A DNA stretch of 64,000 bases from Candidatus Hydrogenedentota bacterium (GTDB lineage: Bacteria; Hydrogenedentota; Hydrogenedentia; Hydrogenedentales; SLHB01). Made by a program: the position numbers and the translations under genes. The notes under the pieces were generated by a model. That model did no database searches. It saw nothing but the letters and a program-made list of their open reading frames with translations, and was not told where the DNA came from. Positions 50,072 to 59,208 of the stretch are shown in pieces (the stretch's first letter is position 1; each line of letters starts with the position of its first letter). The stretch covers positions 3,847 to 67,846 of the forward strand of contig JACRLJ010000052.1 of the NCBI GenBank assembly GCA_016215105.1. The letters run 5' to 3'.

Positions 50072-52276
50072 ATGACCACGGCAACGCGAACACCCTACAC
50101 GCCGGAAGAGCTACTCGAACACTTTGAACGGGCGAAGCCACAAGGCCCAAACCGCTGGCGCGTGCTTTGTCCAGTTCACGTCGACACCGACCCAAGCTTG
50201 GACGTCAACTACAAAGACGGCAAATATCTCTTTGCCTGTCGTTCCCACGGCTGTTCATTCAAGGACATCGCCGCCGCGGCAGGACTTGAGACTGAACGAT
50301 GTTTCCCCGACACAGGTAAGGGCCGGGACAACGGCCACTACAAAACCAAGCCGAAGGCCACGGCGGACGAATACCCCCCGCCGTGGGAGTGGAAGGACAG
50401 AGGATTACTGGAAGCCGTCTTTCCGTATCAGAACGAAGAAGGCGTCACTCAGTTCGAGGTGTTGCGCGGCAAGCCCTGGAAGGGTTTCAAAAAACAGCAT
50501 CGGCAACGCCGGGCGGACGGTAAGTGGACAACGGACGGGACACGCCCACTGCCTTTCATGCTTCCAGAACTCCTCGAGGACGTGGCCATGGGCCGGACTA
50601 TCTTTGTTGTCGAGGGGGAAAAGAAAGTCCTTGCGTTGCGCCAGTGGGGCTTTGCGGCGACGTGTTGCGCGGGCGGCGCAAAGAAATGGAAGCCCGAACA
50701 CGCTGAATACCTGACCGGCGCAAACGTCGTGATTTTCCCCGACAACGACAGGCCGGGCCGCGAACATGCCGAAGCGGTGGCCAAGAGCTTGAGCGGGAAG
50801 GCTTCAAGTATTCACGTGGTGGCGTTGCCTGGTTTGCCGGAGAAAGGTGACATTATAGATTGGCAAGCTGCGGGGCATACTCGCGAGGAGCTTCAGGCGC
50901 TGGTTGCTGCTGCCCCGGAGTGGATTCCCGTCGAGACTGCCACCACGCGCAGTGAACGCCCCACGTTAGCCAACTACCGGATCGAACCGACCATGGACGA
51001 ATCTGGCAAGCCGCGGAAAGTCGCGGTTCCCTTGCCCGAAATCACACGCGCGTTACTCGACGTGGCGGACGGGTGGCCGAAGCGCATCAACGATCGCCTA
51101 TTCGTGGATACAGGCGGCGCGATTCGTCACCTGTCTACGCCGGACTCGCTATTCGCCTGGATTGGCGAAGGGCACACGGTGGCGTGGCCTGGGGGAACGG
51201 ACGCGGACGGAAACACGTTGACACCCAAGGCGGAGTTTTTCGAGTCGCTACGGGCCAGCGTGGACGCGTTTCAGTCTGTTGAGGAATTCCCACACGAACC
51301 CGAGATCGCTGGTTCCTACTATGCCTGGAAGATTCTCACAAACTACAAGGCGGACGGAGAGGCGTTGAACGGGCTTCTGGCCTTCTTCGACAATGCCGAG
51401 ACACCGGCTGACCGTGTTCTGATCCGTGCAATGTTTCTGACTCCGGCATGGGGTGGTCTTGCCGGATTGCGGCCCGCATTCATCATCACGGCGCCAGACC
51501 GGGGTTACGGTAAGACCACACTTGCTGACGCTGTAGGTTCACTCTATGGCGGAGCGATTGACCTCGAAGCCGACGAAGCCCGCGACGAACGATTGAAGTC
51601 GAGGCTCTTGGGGGACGCGGCGCTATCGAAGAGGGTCCTTCGGGTGGATAACGTGAAGACAAGCCAGTCTTCAACGCAACTTGAGGCGCTCATAACATCA
51701 AGTGTCATCAGCGGCCACCGCCTCTATGCCGGAGAGACGGCCCGGCCCAACTACCTGACGACGATTGTCACCGGCAATACCGTTCGGCTGTCTCGTGACC
51801 TGGCAGACCGGGCTTTCGTCATTCGACTGGCCAAACCCAAGGCGAGGCCGGGTTGGAGTGAGAACCTCGGGGCGTACCTGGAGAGTAGACGCGATCACAT
51901 TCTCGCGGACATAGTGGCGGAACTGCGCAAACCCGTGGCGGCAACCGAAGCACGCGACCGGTGGCAGTCCTGGACGTCCAACGTCCTGGCGCGGTGTACG
52001 CCGGGCGCGGCGGCAATAGTGGCGGCGAACCAAGCCCGGCGCAACGAATGCGATGACGATCTCGAAGAGGCCAGCTTGATACTTGATGCACTTCGGAGCC
52101 GGGGCCTTAGCTTCTTAACTGCGGCGGTAGCCACAACGGTGGTAAACGAGGCGCTACACGTCCAATGGACTACGAACAAGGTCACTCGACGCATTCAATC
52201 CCACGTCGAGGCCGGAAGACTATCAGGGATAGAACGGTATAACACCGGAAATACGCGAGGCTGGAATGTTGCCTGA
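50072..52276 (+). CDS. Primase-helicase: Zn finger, TOPRIM and P-loop ATPase
   Basis: CPVHVD..PSL..CRSHGC; FVVEGEK..FPDNDRPG..KGDIIDW; APDRGYGKT Walker A; LRVDN; TGN. Confidence 0.85.
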   Translation: MTTATRTPYTPEELLEHFERAKPQGPNRWRVLCPVHVDTDPSLDVNYKDGKYLFACRSHGCSFKDIAAAAGLETERCFPDTGKGRDNGHYKTKPKATADEYPPPWEWKDRGLLEAVFPYQNEEGVTQFEVLRGKPWKGFKKQHRQRRADGKWTTDGTRPLPFMLPELLEDVAMGRTIFVVEGEKKVLALRQWGFAATCCAGGAKKWKPEHAEYLTGANVVIFPDNDRPGREHAEAVAKSLSGKASSIHVVALPGLPEKGDIIDWQAAGHTREELQALVAAAPEWIPVETATTRSERPTLANYRIEPTMDESGKPRKVAVPLPEITRALLDVADGWPKRINDRLFVDTGGAIRHLSTPDSLFAWIGEGHTVAWPGGTDADGNTLTPKAEFFESLRASVDAFQSVEEFPHEPEIAGSYYAWKILTNYKADGEALNGLLAFFDNAETPADRVLIRAMFLTPAWGGLAGLRPAFIITAPDRGYGKTTLADAVGSLYGGAIDLEADEARDERLKSRLLGDAALSKRVLRVDNVKTSQSSTQLEALITSSVISGHRLYAGETARPNYLTTIVTGNTVRLSRDLADRAFVIRLAKPKARPGWSENLGAYLESRRDHILADIVAELRKPVAATEARDRWQSWTSNVLARCTPGAAAIVAANQARRNECDDDLEEASLILDALRSRGLSFLTAAVATTVVNEALHVQWTTNKVTRRIQSHVEAGRLSGIERYNTGNTRGWNVA

Positions 52277-52392
52277 CCCTTCTGACACATTTGACACATT
52301 TTTTGATCCTACCCATTGCGCGAGAAGTAGGAGAAATATATATAGAAAGGGGAAGGATCAAAAAAACTGTCAGAACTGTCAGAAGCGTCAGG
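52272..52392. other. Putative replication origin: 39-bp inverted arms of 9-bp TGAC iterons around an AT-rich core
   Basis: 52272-52310 vs reverse complement of 52354-52392, 33/39 identical; core AAATATATATAGAAA. Confidence 0.7.
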
Positions 52393-52455
52393 GCGCTGGG
52401 GATACTCGGGCCGCTGGCAAAGGCACGGGTATGACGTGTTTCATGGGGTCACGTT

Positions 52456-52893
52456 ATGAGTGACGTAGATCCTAGCGACATCGCTTTGTGGCCCGGAATG
52501 CCACGGCGCGCGGCGGACTTGGAGCGCGACGCCGCGGCGGCGCTAGGCGGCCGGCGAGTTATTCGACAGGACCTGTTTGAGACTGCGGTTGATGTCCGGA
52601 TACCGGACTTCCCGGACCTCTCCGTGGACTGCAAGTACCGAAAGACCCTTGCGCATCATAAGCTCATGAAAACAACGCGACAGAAGTACGGCGGGACTCC
52701 GCTGTTGGTTACGCGGACAAAAGAGGAAGGGGAGACCTTCGCGACCTTGCCGTTGAAGGTCCTGGGCCACCTACTCGACATTGCCCGGGCGGCCGGCCAA
52801 ACGAAACTCGATGGCGACGGGCGGATTACCGACCAGGCTGGGCTGCTACTTCTCGGGCGGCACGACGCGCCAAGGCGCGCGCGCGAAATCTGA
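52456..52893 (+). CDS. Putative PD-(D/E)XK nuclease (resolvase-like)
   Basis: LERDAA..VDVRIPDFPDLSVDCK..PLLV pattern. Confidence 0.45.
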   Translation: MSDVDPSDIALWPGMPRRAADLERDAAAALGGRRVIRQDLFETAVDVRIPDFPDLSVDCKYRKTLAHHKLMKTTRQKYGGTPLLVTRTKEEGETFATLPLKVLGHLLDIARAAGQTKLDGDGRITDQAGLLLLGRHDAPRRAREI

Positions 52894-53227
52894 GTCCAAT
52901 CGAAGGGCGCGACCGGCGGCGGCGTTCCTGGGCCGCTTCGTCAAACCCAATCGGCTCTTTCGGCGGCAGGTGCGGGGCAATATCGAGCAAGGCTGACGCC
53001 ACGACGGCACGCTCCTGTTGTGACTCAAGGTAGGCGAGGTAAATGCGACCGCGAGGGGAACGAATGAGGAGCGATACCTGATGCGGCGTCATCGGAACGC
53101 CGGTCTCGCGCTGCACACGTGAGGCCGCGGCGGCGCATGCATGGCCAGACGCAACTGCCCGCAGGCAGCTTCGTTCATGCGGTTTCAGCTTTTTGGCCGC
53201 GTTTGGGAAGCCATTGCCGTCCATCAT
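52826..53227 (-). CDS. Hypothetical protein, HTH-like
   Basis: LKPHERSCLRAVASGHACAAAA..VSLLIRSP; RBS-like AGGGG. Confidence 0.4.
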   Translation of the reverse strand: MMDGNGFPNAAKKLKPHERSCLRAVASGHACAAAASRVQRETGVPMTPHQVSLLIRSPRGRIYLAYLESQQERAVVASALLDIAPHLPPKEPIGFDEAAQERRRRSRPSIGLRFRARALARRAAREVAAQPGR

Positions 53228-53383
53228 ATGTCGATACCCCTACCATAGCCTTGGCCATCCGCCCCCGCCCTGCAATGATCTGATCATACCGGAGGCGGTT
53301 ATAGATAGTCAAGTACGTCTCTATTACAAGGGCTGAAGGTGAAGCGTGATGGTTGGTCTACGACGTAGTGGTATACTAAGCCT

Positions 53384-53746
53384 ATGGGCGAAACAAAATG
53401 GTGCATATGCCCCGTGTGTGGGTTCGAGTCCGTCGGCAAGGTAGGGTGGCGCTGCTGGCGCGGGGAGGGGAACAAGACGCGCATGACGGACGATCACAAA
53501 CAATGCCCCGGCGTGTGGGTTGAGTCGCCAAACCCGGTACCAGATAGCGAACGGCGGGCGATAGAGCAGGACCGGCTACGTACGCGCGAGTTGACGTTCA
53601 AGCCGACTAAGCGTCGCCGGCGTGACCCGGAGGACATTGCTGCTGGTGGTATTCGCTCTGCCTTTGGTCGAGAGTGGCTGGGCGTCTTGCGCGCCCACCG
53701 TCGTTCGTCAACAAGTACAAGAACGGCGAACGCAGACTTGACGTAA
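53384..53746 (+). CDS. Small Cys-rich (Zn-ribbon-like) hypothetical protein
   Basis: CICPVCG..C..C; the 3' part may be read-through into a junction. Confidence 0.4.
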   Translation: MGETKWCICPVCGFESVGKVGWRCWRGEGNKTRMTDDHKQCPGVWVESPNPVPDSERRAIEQDRLRTRELTFKPTKRRRRDPEDIAAGGIRSAFGREWLGVLRAHRRSSTSTRTANADLT

Positions 53747-53817
53747 TCGAGTTCCTCCAGGTGGCCAAGGCCATCGGCATCGACCCCGTCAAGTTCCTCA
53801 AGAAGCTGGACAAGTAG
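53674..53817 (+). pseudogene. N-terminally truncated XRE-family HTH gene
   Basis: VAGRLARPPSFVNKYKNGERRLDVIEFLQVAKAIGIDPVKFLKKLDK*. Confidence 0.7.
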
Positions 53818-54013
53818 GCTTCACCGAATCCTGTACTACCTCGCCGGAAATGAATGGTTGTACCGTTCCAACTATCGACCGGCGGCAGACTTACAAGTGA
53901 GTCCCAGCCACTCGCGATCCGGATGGAAGATTAGTATATACTTGATAGCGAAGTGACAGCCCGTGATTGAATCAGTCCTCATGGTATTATGGGCACAGAG
54001 GAGCACGACCCAC

Positions 54014-54763
54014 ATGCCAAGTAATCGCCGTGAATTCGAGTTTAGGATAAAAGCGTTTACGCTGCATACAATTCCAATGAGTAGACTGGCAGAATACTTG
54101 GCGGATCTTGCGGCGCTGCTTGGTGAGCAAAAGAGTGTGCACTTTGTACGCCTTAAGGCGGGAAGCGTCAATATTGTCCATTCCATTGAGCCGGAGGCGG
54201 AGCCAAAAGTTCGCGCCAGGATTCGAACAGCAAAATCTGATGATTGGACAAATGAGGCGACAAGGGCCGTAAGAGCCATTGATAAGCGGCTTGCGGAAGA
54301 CAACGCTTCGGGCGCGCTCGTCGGGCCTGGCGGGAAGAACATCATCAAGTTCCCTGGTAAGGATCGGTTTTCTGAGCCGTTGTATGGTCCATTCAACCAG
54401 CCCGGTTTCGTGGAAGGAATTCCGATCTGCATTGGAGGCAAGAACGACCCAGTCCCCATTCACCTTGAGGAACCGGGCCACCAGGCCCAAGTGTGCGCTG
54501 CGAGTCGGGGCCTAGCCCTACGAATCGCCCCGTACATCTTCACTGCCATCATTCGCGCGGAGGGAATAGGGCGGTGGCGTCGGGATTGCGATGGAGTGTG
54601 GATCCGCGATAAGTTCACGATCCAAGACTTTAGGGTTCTGGATAGGACACCCCTCACTGATAGTGTCCAGCAGCTTCGAGCGGCCTCGAAAGGGATTGGC
54701 GAATTGGAGAATCCCCTGGAAACAATTCAGAGCCTGAGGAATGGGGAACAAGTTACTCATTAG
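54014..54763 (+). CDS. Hypothetical protein, partner of the downstream PIN nuclease
   Basis: RBS GAGGAG; IPMSRLAEYLADLAALLG..VHFVRLKAGS; beta-rich C-terminal half. Confidence 0.75.
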   Translation: MPSNRREFEFRIKAFTLHTIPMSRLAEYLADLAALLGEQKSVHFVRLKAGSVNIVHSIEPEAEPKVRARIRTAKSDDWTNEATRAVRAIDKRLAEDNASGALVGPGGKNIIKFPGKDRFSEPLYGPFNQPGFVEGIPICIGGKNDPVPIHLEEPGHQAQVCAASRGLALRIAPYIFTAIIRAEGIGRWRRDCDGVWIRDKFTIQDFRVLDRTPLTDSVQQLRAASKGIGELENPLETIQSLRNGEQVTH

Positions 54764-54772
54764 GGGAGCGCA

Positions 54773-55321
54773 ATGGTCACATTCGACGCTGACTTTCTAT
54801 GCTTTCTTCTCCGGGAAGACCCCGGAGTCGTCCTCGACCCCACTTCGGGCCAGCCGGTTGAAAGGGCGAAAGAAAAAATCGAGCATCTCATATACACGCT
54901 CGAAAAGGCGCGGGACAAAATCTTGATTCCAGCGCCGGCATTGAGCGAAATCCTATGTCTGTGTGGCCACGAAATGGACGAGGTGGTTGACGTTCTCCTT
55001 CGTAACTACGGGTTCGAAATAGCGCCGTTCGATATCATGGCGGCCATCGAGGCTGCTATTATTACGGGCCGAGCAAAAAGTAGGGGATCAAAAAAAGGCG
55101 CATCAAATGAAACGTGGGCAAAAGTAAAATTCGATCGTCAGATCATCGCTATAACAAAAACCCGCCGAGCCGAAACGATTTACTCGAACGACACCACGCT
55201 CAAGAAATCAGCCGAGCGGGAGAATATCAGGACCGTGTCGGTTTGGGAGCTACCGGATGCGCCCCCCAAGCAAGCGGAGTTTTTCGATGATGACGATGCT
55301 GTAGTCTCAGAGCCTGATTGA
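54773..55321 (+). CDS. PIN-domain ribonuclease
   Basis: TFDADFL, PAPALSE, KVKFDRQIIAI, IYSND acidic quartet. Confidence 0.75.
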   Translation: MVTFDADFLCFLLREDPGVVLDPTSGQPVERAKEKIEHLIYTLEKARDKILIPAPALSEILCLCGHEMDEVVDVLLRNYGFEIAPFDIMAAIEAAIITGRAKSRGSKKGASNETWAKVKFDRQIIAITKTRRAETIYSNDTTLKKSAERENIRTVSVWELPDAPPKQAEFFDDDDAVVSEPD

Positions 55322-55427
55322 CAATACGTCACTTTAGCGCCACCGCTGGGACCGTTGACACCAAATACGGTCGGCGTTCCTACCTCATCATAAGCCATTT
55401 CACCGTTAGTTGCCTGTCGCCGCGCCG

Positions 55428-56162
55428 TTACTGTTGGTTGCGCGCGGCGAATTCGTTCCAGAACTCCAACGTGGCGTCGAAGTACTCCTCGAGATCCTTG
55501 TCTGTGACGTAGATGTCCTCGCCACCCGCCGGACGCCCAATGCGTAACGCGTTCGGGGCGTTGAAAAAAGTATCTTCGCTCAGGCCTGGAGCCGTGAACA
55601 GTTCCGGTCGAATTGCGTGAAGCTTGAGAGCTGAGACGCCTGGCCCGTGTTTTACCGCGTTGGCCACGAGCCGCAATTCTTTCACCTTCGACCACGCGGC
55701 GACTTGGTCAAGGCAGAGTCCGCCGGCGGCTAACCGTTCCTCAAACTCCTCGATCCGGTACAGTTTCTTGTGCACTTTCGGGTCATTGAGGGCGTCGTTC
55801 TCTTCATGTATCGACAGCACCCGTCGGCGGTGGAAACAAAGCATCTGCTGTTCGAGAAGGTGCCACAACATCACCGTTCCCATGTTAAGGACCGCCTGAC
55901 GTACACGAGTGAGGCGTTCGTACAGTTCAAAACCCTGTTCTTGCGCCCACTCCGCCCACCAACTTCCATCATCGTTACCGTCTGACGGTCGCGACATCGC
56001 CCATTCCCACATTGCCTGCTGGTGCGCGGTGGCTTCTTCCTCGGCGTCTGGAAGGGAGGGCAACATCTTCGTCAACAGGGCATCGCGCAGACTCTTAATC
56101 TCCTTCGGATAGTTTTCTGCTATCCATGGCCCCCATAACTTACCATCGAGATGCAGCGCCAT
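55428..56162 (-). CDS. Hypothetical protein with HEPN-like motif, coupled to hsdS
   Basis: LWHLLE..ELRLVANAVKHG; starts 2 nt after the hsdS stop; RBS AGGAG. Confidence 0.6.
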   Translation of the reverse strand: MALHLDGKLWGPWIAENYPKEIKSLRDALLTKMLPSLPDAEEEATAHQQAMWEWAMSRPSDGNDDGSWWAEWAQEQGFELYERLTRVRQAVLNMGTVMLWHLLEQQMLCFHRRRVLSIHEENDALNDPKVHKKLYRIEEFEERLAAGGLCLDQVAAWSKVKELRLVANAVKHGPGVSALKLHAIRPELFTAPGLSEDTFFNAPNALRIGRPAGGEDIYVTDKDLEEYFDATLEFWNEFAARNQQ

Positions 56163-56164
56163 GG

Positions 56165-57727
56165 TCAGTTTGCTCCTGCCCCGGACGTGAGTTCGGCCAC
56201 GACGGCCTCCATGAGCTTCTCGGCGGTGGCGCGGGAGGCGGCGAGCTGGGCTTCCAGTTGGTCCACCAGGGCCATCAGTTGGTCCACCTTGGCGACAATG
56301 CGGCGCTGTTCGGCTAGGGGTGGGACGGGTGCGACATATCTTGTGACGCTATTTGCTGACAGGTTTGGTTGAGCCGATCCATTGTCGAAGCGGGTGATCA
56401 GTTCTCGCCCAAGGGGGCTAATCAAGTAGTAGTACGTATAGCGGGGCGTGAGATTACAGCCTAGACGGATAATCACCAATGACGACGCTACAGCCCCCTC
56501 GATGAACTGATCGATGATTGCTGTCTTTCCCAGCGTGGCACCGCGCAAACAGTAAACAAGGTCGTCTTTTTGGACCTTTCCGTTCCTGAGGGAATCATAT
56601 TTTGCGCGAGTGAGATAGTGCATGGAAGTGAGTGACAGTGTTCCACCCGGCTGAATATGCCCGGTATTTATGAACGGTACCCCTGTTGGAACGTATTCGT
56701 TCTTGTTCGGGTAGTTCTTCCCTCGGTCTCCATTGATGAACTCCGCCTCAGACCCGAGCCTGCTCCAGCGCCAAGATCTGGGTAACTCAAAAGGGATTTC
56801 CTTTTCGGCAATTGGCTCAAAGCGCCGAAGACGTTTCGCTGTCGAAGGCACTTCCGCCGGTTCATCCTGCGGGTCCTGGGGGACGAGTTTGCCCTGGACG
56901 GCGAGGGTGAGGATGGACTTGCGGAGGTCGGCGGGCGGAATGGTATAGGACTTGTGGAAGATGAGGTTGAGGTTGGCCGGGGTAGGCGCGTCAGCAAAGG
57001 TGGCCAGAGACGCGCGGGCGAGTGCGGCGTGCCGGGTCACACGTTCCTGTTGCTGCGCCTCCAGGCGGTCACATAGCGCCATCAACTCGTCCACCTTGGC
57101 CACTATGCGCTTCTGCTCTGCGAGGGGCGGGACTACTACTACCAACTCCCGGATGTCGCCGAGCGAAACGTTCGGCATCGCTCCTCCCCTGGCCCTAGCT
57201 TTTATCTTATTTGAGACGAAGGAGTCGAGTTGCATCTTCAAGAAAGAGGTGTCAAATGACGCAGCCACACCACGGATTATCGCGAGCGCTTGGTTAGTGT
57301 TTGCGGGAACATCTTTAGCGTTAACGATACAGGTTTTCCCAATTGTTCCCGCGATGGAAAAGAGTACGTCGCCACTTTCGAGCTTGGAGCGCTTAAGAAA
57401 CTCGTGAGTGGCAGCCGAAATGAACTGTACTATCGAGGAATGTTGAATGCTCCCGTCATTGATGTTCTCCACTTTGATGAACGGGATTCCGGACGGCTCA
57501 TATTGGTGTCCGTATGACGTCGGTGTTGCGCCCTTTGTGATGAGTGATGCAATGCTACCTAGTGACTGCTTCGGCCAGGCAACGCTTTTCGAGCTAACTC
57601 GATCGCGCGGCGAGTCCAGTAACTTATTACCGATGGCCAAATCAAGAATCAGCTCCCGCATCTTCCCGACCGCGTTGGGCGCGTCGGCTAACTCATCGAA
57701 CTTCTCGAAAAACGTCTCCAGCGTCAT
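56165..57727 (-). CDS. hsdS: Type I restriction-modification specificity subunit
   Basis: Two TRDs, each ending PPLAEQ(K/R)RIVAKVD(E/Q)LMAL; ILTLAVQGKLVPQDP; PFELPRSWRW. Confidence 0.95.
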   Translation of the reverse strand: MTLETFFEKFDELADAPNAVGKMRELILDLAIGNKLLDSPRDRVSSKSVAWPKQSLGSIASLITKGATPTSYGHQYEPSGIPFIKVENINDGSIQHSSIVQFISAATHEFLKRSKLESGDVLFSIAGTIGKTCIVNAKDVPANTNQALAIIRGVAASFDTSFLKMQLDSFVSNKIKARARGGAMPNVSLGDIRELVVVVPPLAEQKRIVAKVDELMALCDRLEAQQQERVTRHAALARASLATFADAPTPANLNLIFHKSYTIPPADLRKSILTLAVQGKLVPQDPQDEPAEVPSTAKRLRRFEPIAEKEIPFELPRSWRWSRLGSEAEFINGDRGKNYPNKNEYVPTGVPFINTGHIQPGGTLSLTSMHYLTRAKYDSLRNGKVQKDDLVYCLRGATLGKTAIIDQFIEGAVASSLVIIRLGCNLTPRYTYYYLISPLGRELITRFDNGSAQPNLSANSVTRYVAPVPPLAEQRRIVAKVDQLMALVDQLEAQLAASRATAEKLMEAVVAELTSGAGAN

Positions 57728-59205
57728 TCGTTGGTTCCGGCGGTGGCAGTGAGGGCGTGATGGAGTTCCTGTTTCAACGCGGCCCGAGTCTCCGCGATTT
57801 GGGCGAGGAGTTTTTCGTATTCCGGCAGGAGGTGGTCCACATCACCCGGACCCGTGTCGGGGTTGTGCGGGTTCTTGAGGTCGAGGTTGTAGTTGCCCGC
57901 CTTGATCTGGTCGATGGAGACACACCAGGCCTGTTCATTCTCTTTGCGCTTGGTATAGGCGCCCGCCTTGTTCGGTTTACCCCACCATTCACGCTCGGCC
58001 TCAAACTCCTCAATACGGATGGGCTTGCCCTTGTTGTAGCTCTTGGCGCCGGGAGGGTAGGGGTGCTCGTAGTACCAGACCTCGGTGGTGGGCTGGCCCT
58101 TGGTGAAGAAGAGGAGGTTGGTGCGAATGCCGGTGTACGGGTTGAATACGCCGTTGGGCAGGCGGACGATGGTGTGCAGGTTGCAGTCCGCCAACAGCGC
58201 CTCCTTGATGCGCGTCTTGACGCCTTCCCCGAAGAGTGTGCCGTCCGGCAAGACCAGTCCGGCCCGGCCGCCGGGCTTGAGGATTTTCATGAGGAGTACC
58301 AGGAAGAGGTCGGCGGTTTCGCGGGTACGGAACTCGGCGGGGTAGTTGGACTCGATGCCGTCCTCTTCCATGCCACCGAAAGGCGGATTGGTGACGATCA
58401 CGTCTACGCGTTCCTTGGGTGACCAATCGCGCAACGGGCGGGCTAGGGTATTGTCGTGCCGTACATTTGACGGCACGTCGATACCGTGCAGCAGTAGGTT
58501 GGTCATGCACAGGACGTGCGGCAGGTGTTTCTTTTCGATACCGGTGAAACACTCCTGGATGGTGTGCTCGTCGGTCTCGGTCTTAGCCTGTTTGCGCAAG
58601 TGCTCGATAGTGCAGGTGAGGAAGCCGCCGGTGCCGCAAGCCGGGTCGAGGACGGTCTCGCCCAGACGCGGATTGACCTGCTCCACGATGAACTGCGTGA
58701 CGGCGCGCGGCGTATAAAACTCGCCTGCGTTTCCCGCGGACTGAAGGTCCTTCAGCAGCTTCTCGTAGATGTCGCCGAACATGTGGCGGTCGTCGGAGGC
58801 GTTGAAGTCAATCCCGTTAATCTTGTTGATGACCTGGCGCATGAGGGTGCCGTTCTTCATGTAGTTGTTGGCATCCTCGAAGGTCATACGGATGAGGCCG
58901 GCGATCTTGTCTGCGCCGCCGGTCAGGGATTTGAGCTTGGGCAGAAGCGTGTTGTTGACGAAGTCGAGCAGGGCATCGCCGGTGATGCCCTCGTCGTCCG
59001 AGGCCCAGGCTGACCACCGCAGGTGTCGCGGTAGCGGAGACTTATAGTTGTCACGGAGGAGTTCGGTTTCCTTTTCGCGGTCGTCGAAGATCTTGAGGAA
59101 GAACATCCAGCCGAGTTGTTCGAGGCGCTGGGCGTCGCCGTAGGTCCCGGCGTCCTTGCGCATGATGTCCTGGATGGTCTTGACGATATTGGAGACGTTG
59201 GGCAT
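57724..59205 (-). CDS. hsdM: Type I RM N6-adenine methyltransferase
   Basis: AGEFYTPR, DPACGTGG, NPPF. Confidence 0.97.
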   Translation of the reverse strand: MPNVSNIVKTIQDIMRKDAGTYGDAQRLEQLGWMFFLKIFDDREKETELLRDNYKSPLPRHLRWSAWASDDEGITGDALLDFVNNTLLPKLKSLTGGADKIAGLIRMTFEDANNYMKNGTLMRQVINKINGIDFNASDDRHMFGDIYEKLLKDLQSAGNAGEFYTPRAVTQFIVEQVNPRLGETVLDPACGTGGFLTCTIEHLRKQAKTETDEHTIQECFTGIEKKHLPHVLCMTNLLLHGIDVPSNVRHDNTLARPLRDWSPKERVDVIVTNPPFGGMEEDGIESNYPAEFRTRETADLFLVLLMKILKPGGRAGLVLPDGTLFGEGVKTRIKEALLADCNLHTIVRLPNGVFNPYTGIRTNLLFFTKGQPTTEVWYYEHPYPPGAKSYNKGKPIRIEEFEAEREWWGKPNKAGAYTKRKENEQAWCVSIDQIKAGNYNLDLKNPHNPDTGPGDVDHLLPEYEKLLAQIAETRAALKQELHHALTATAGTNE

Positions 59206-59208
59206 GGG

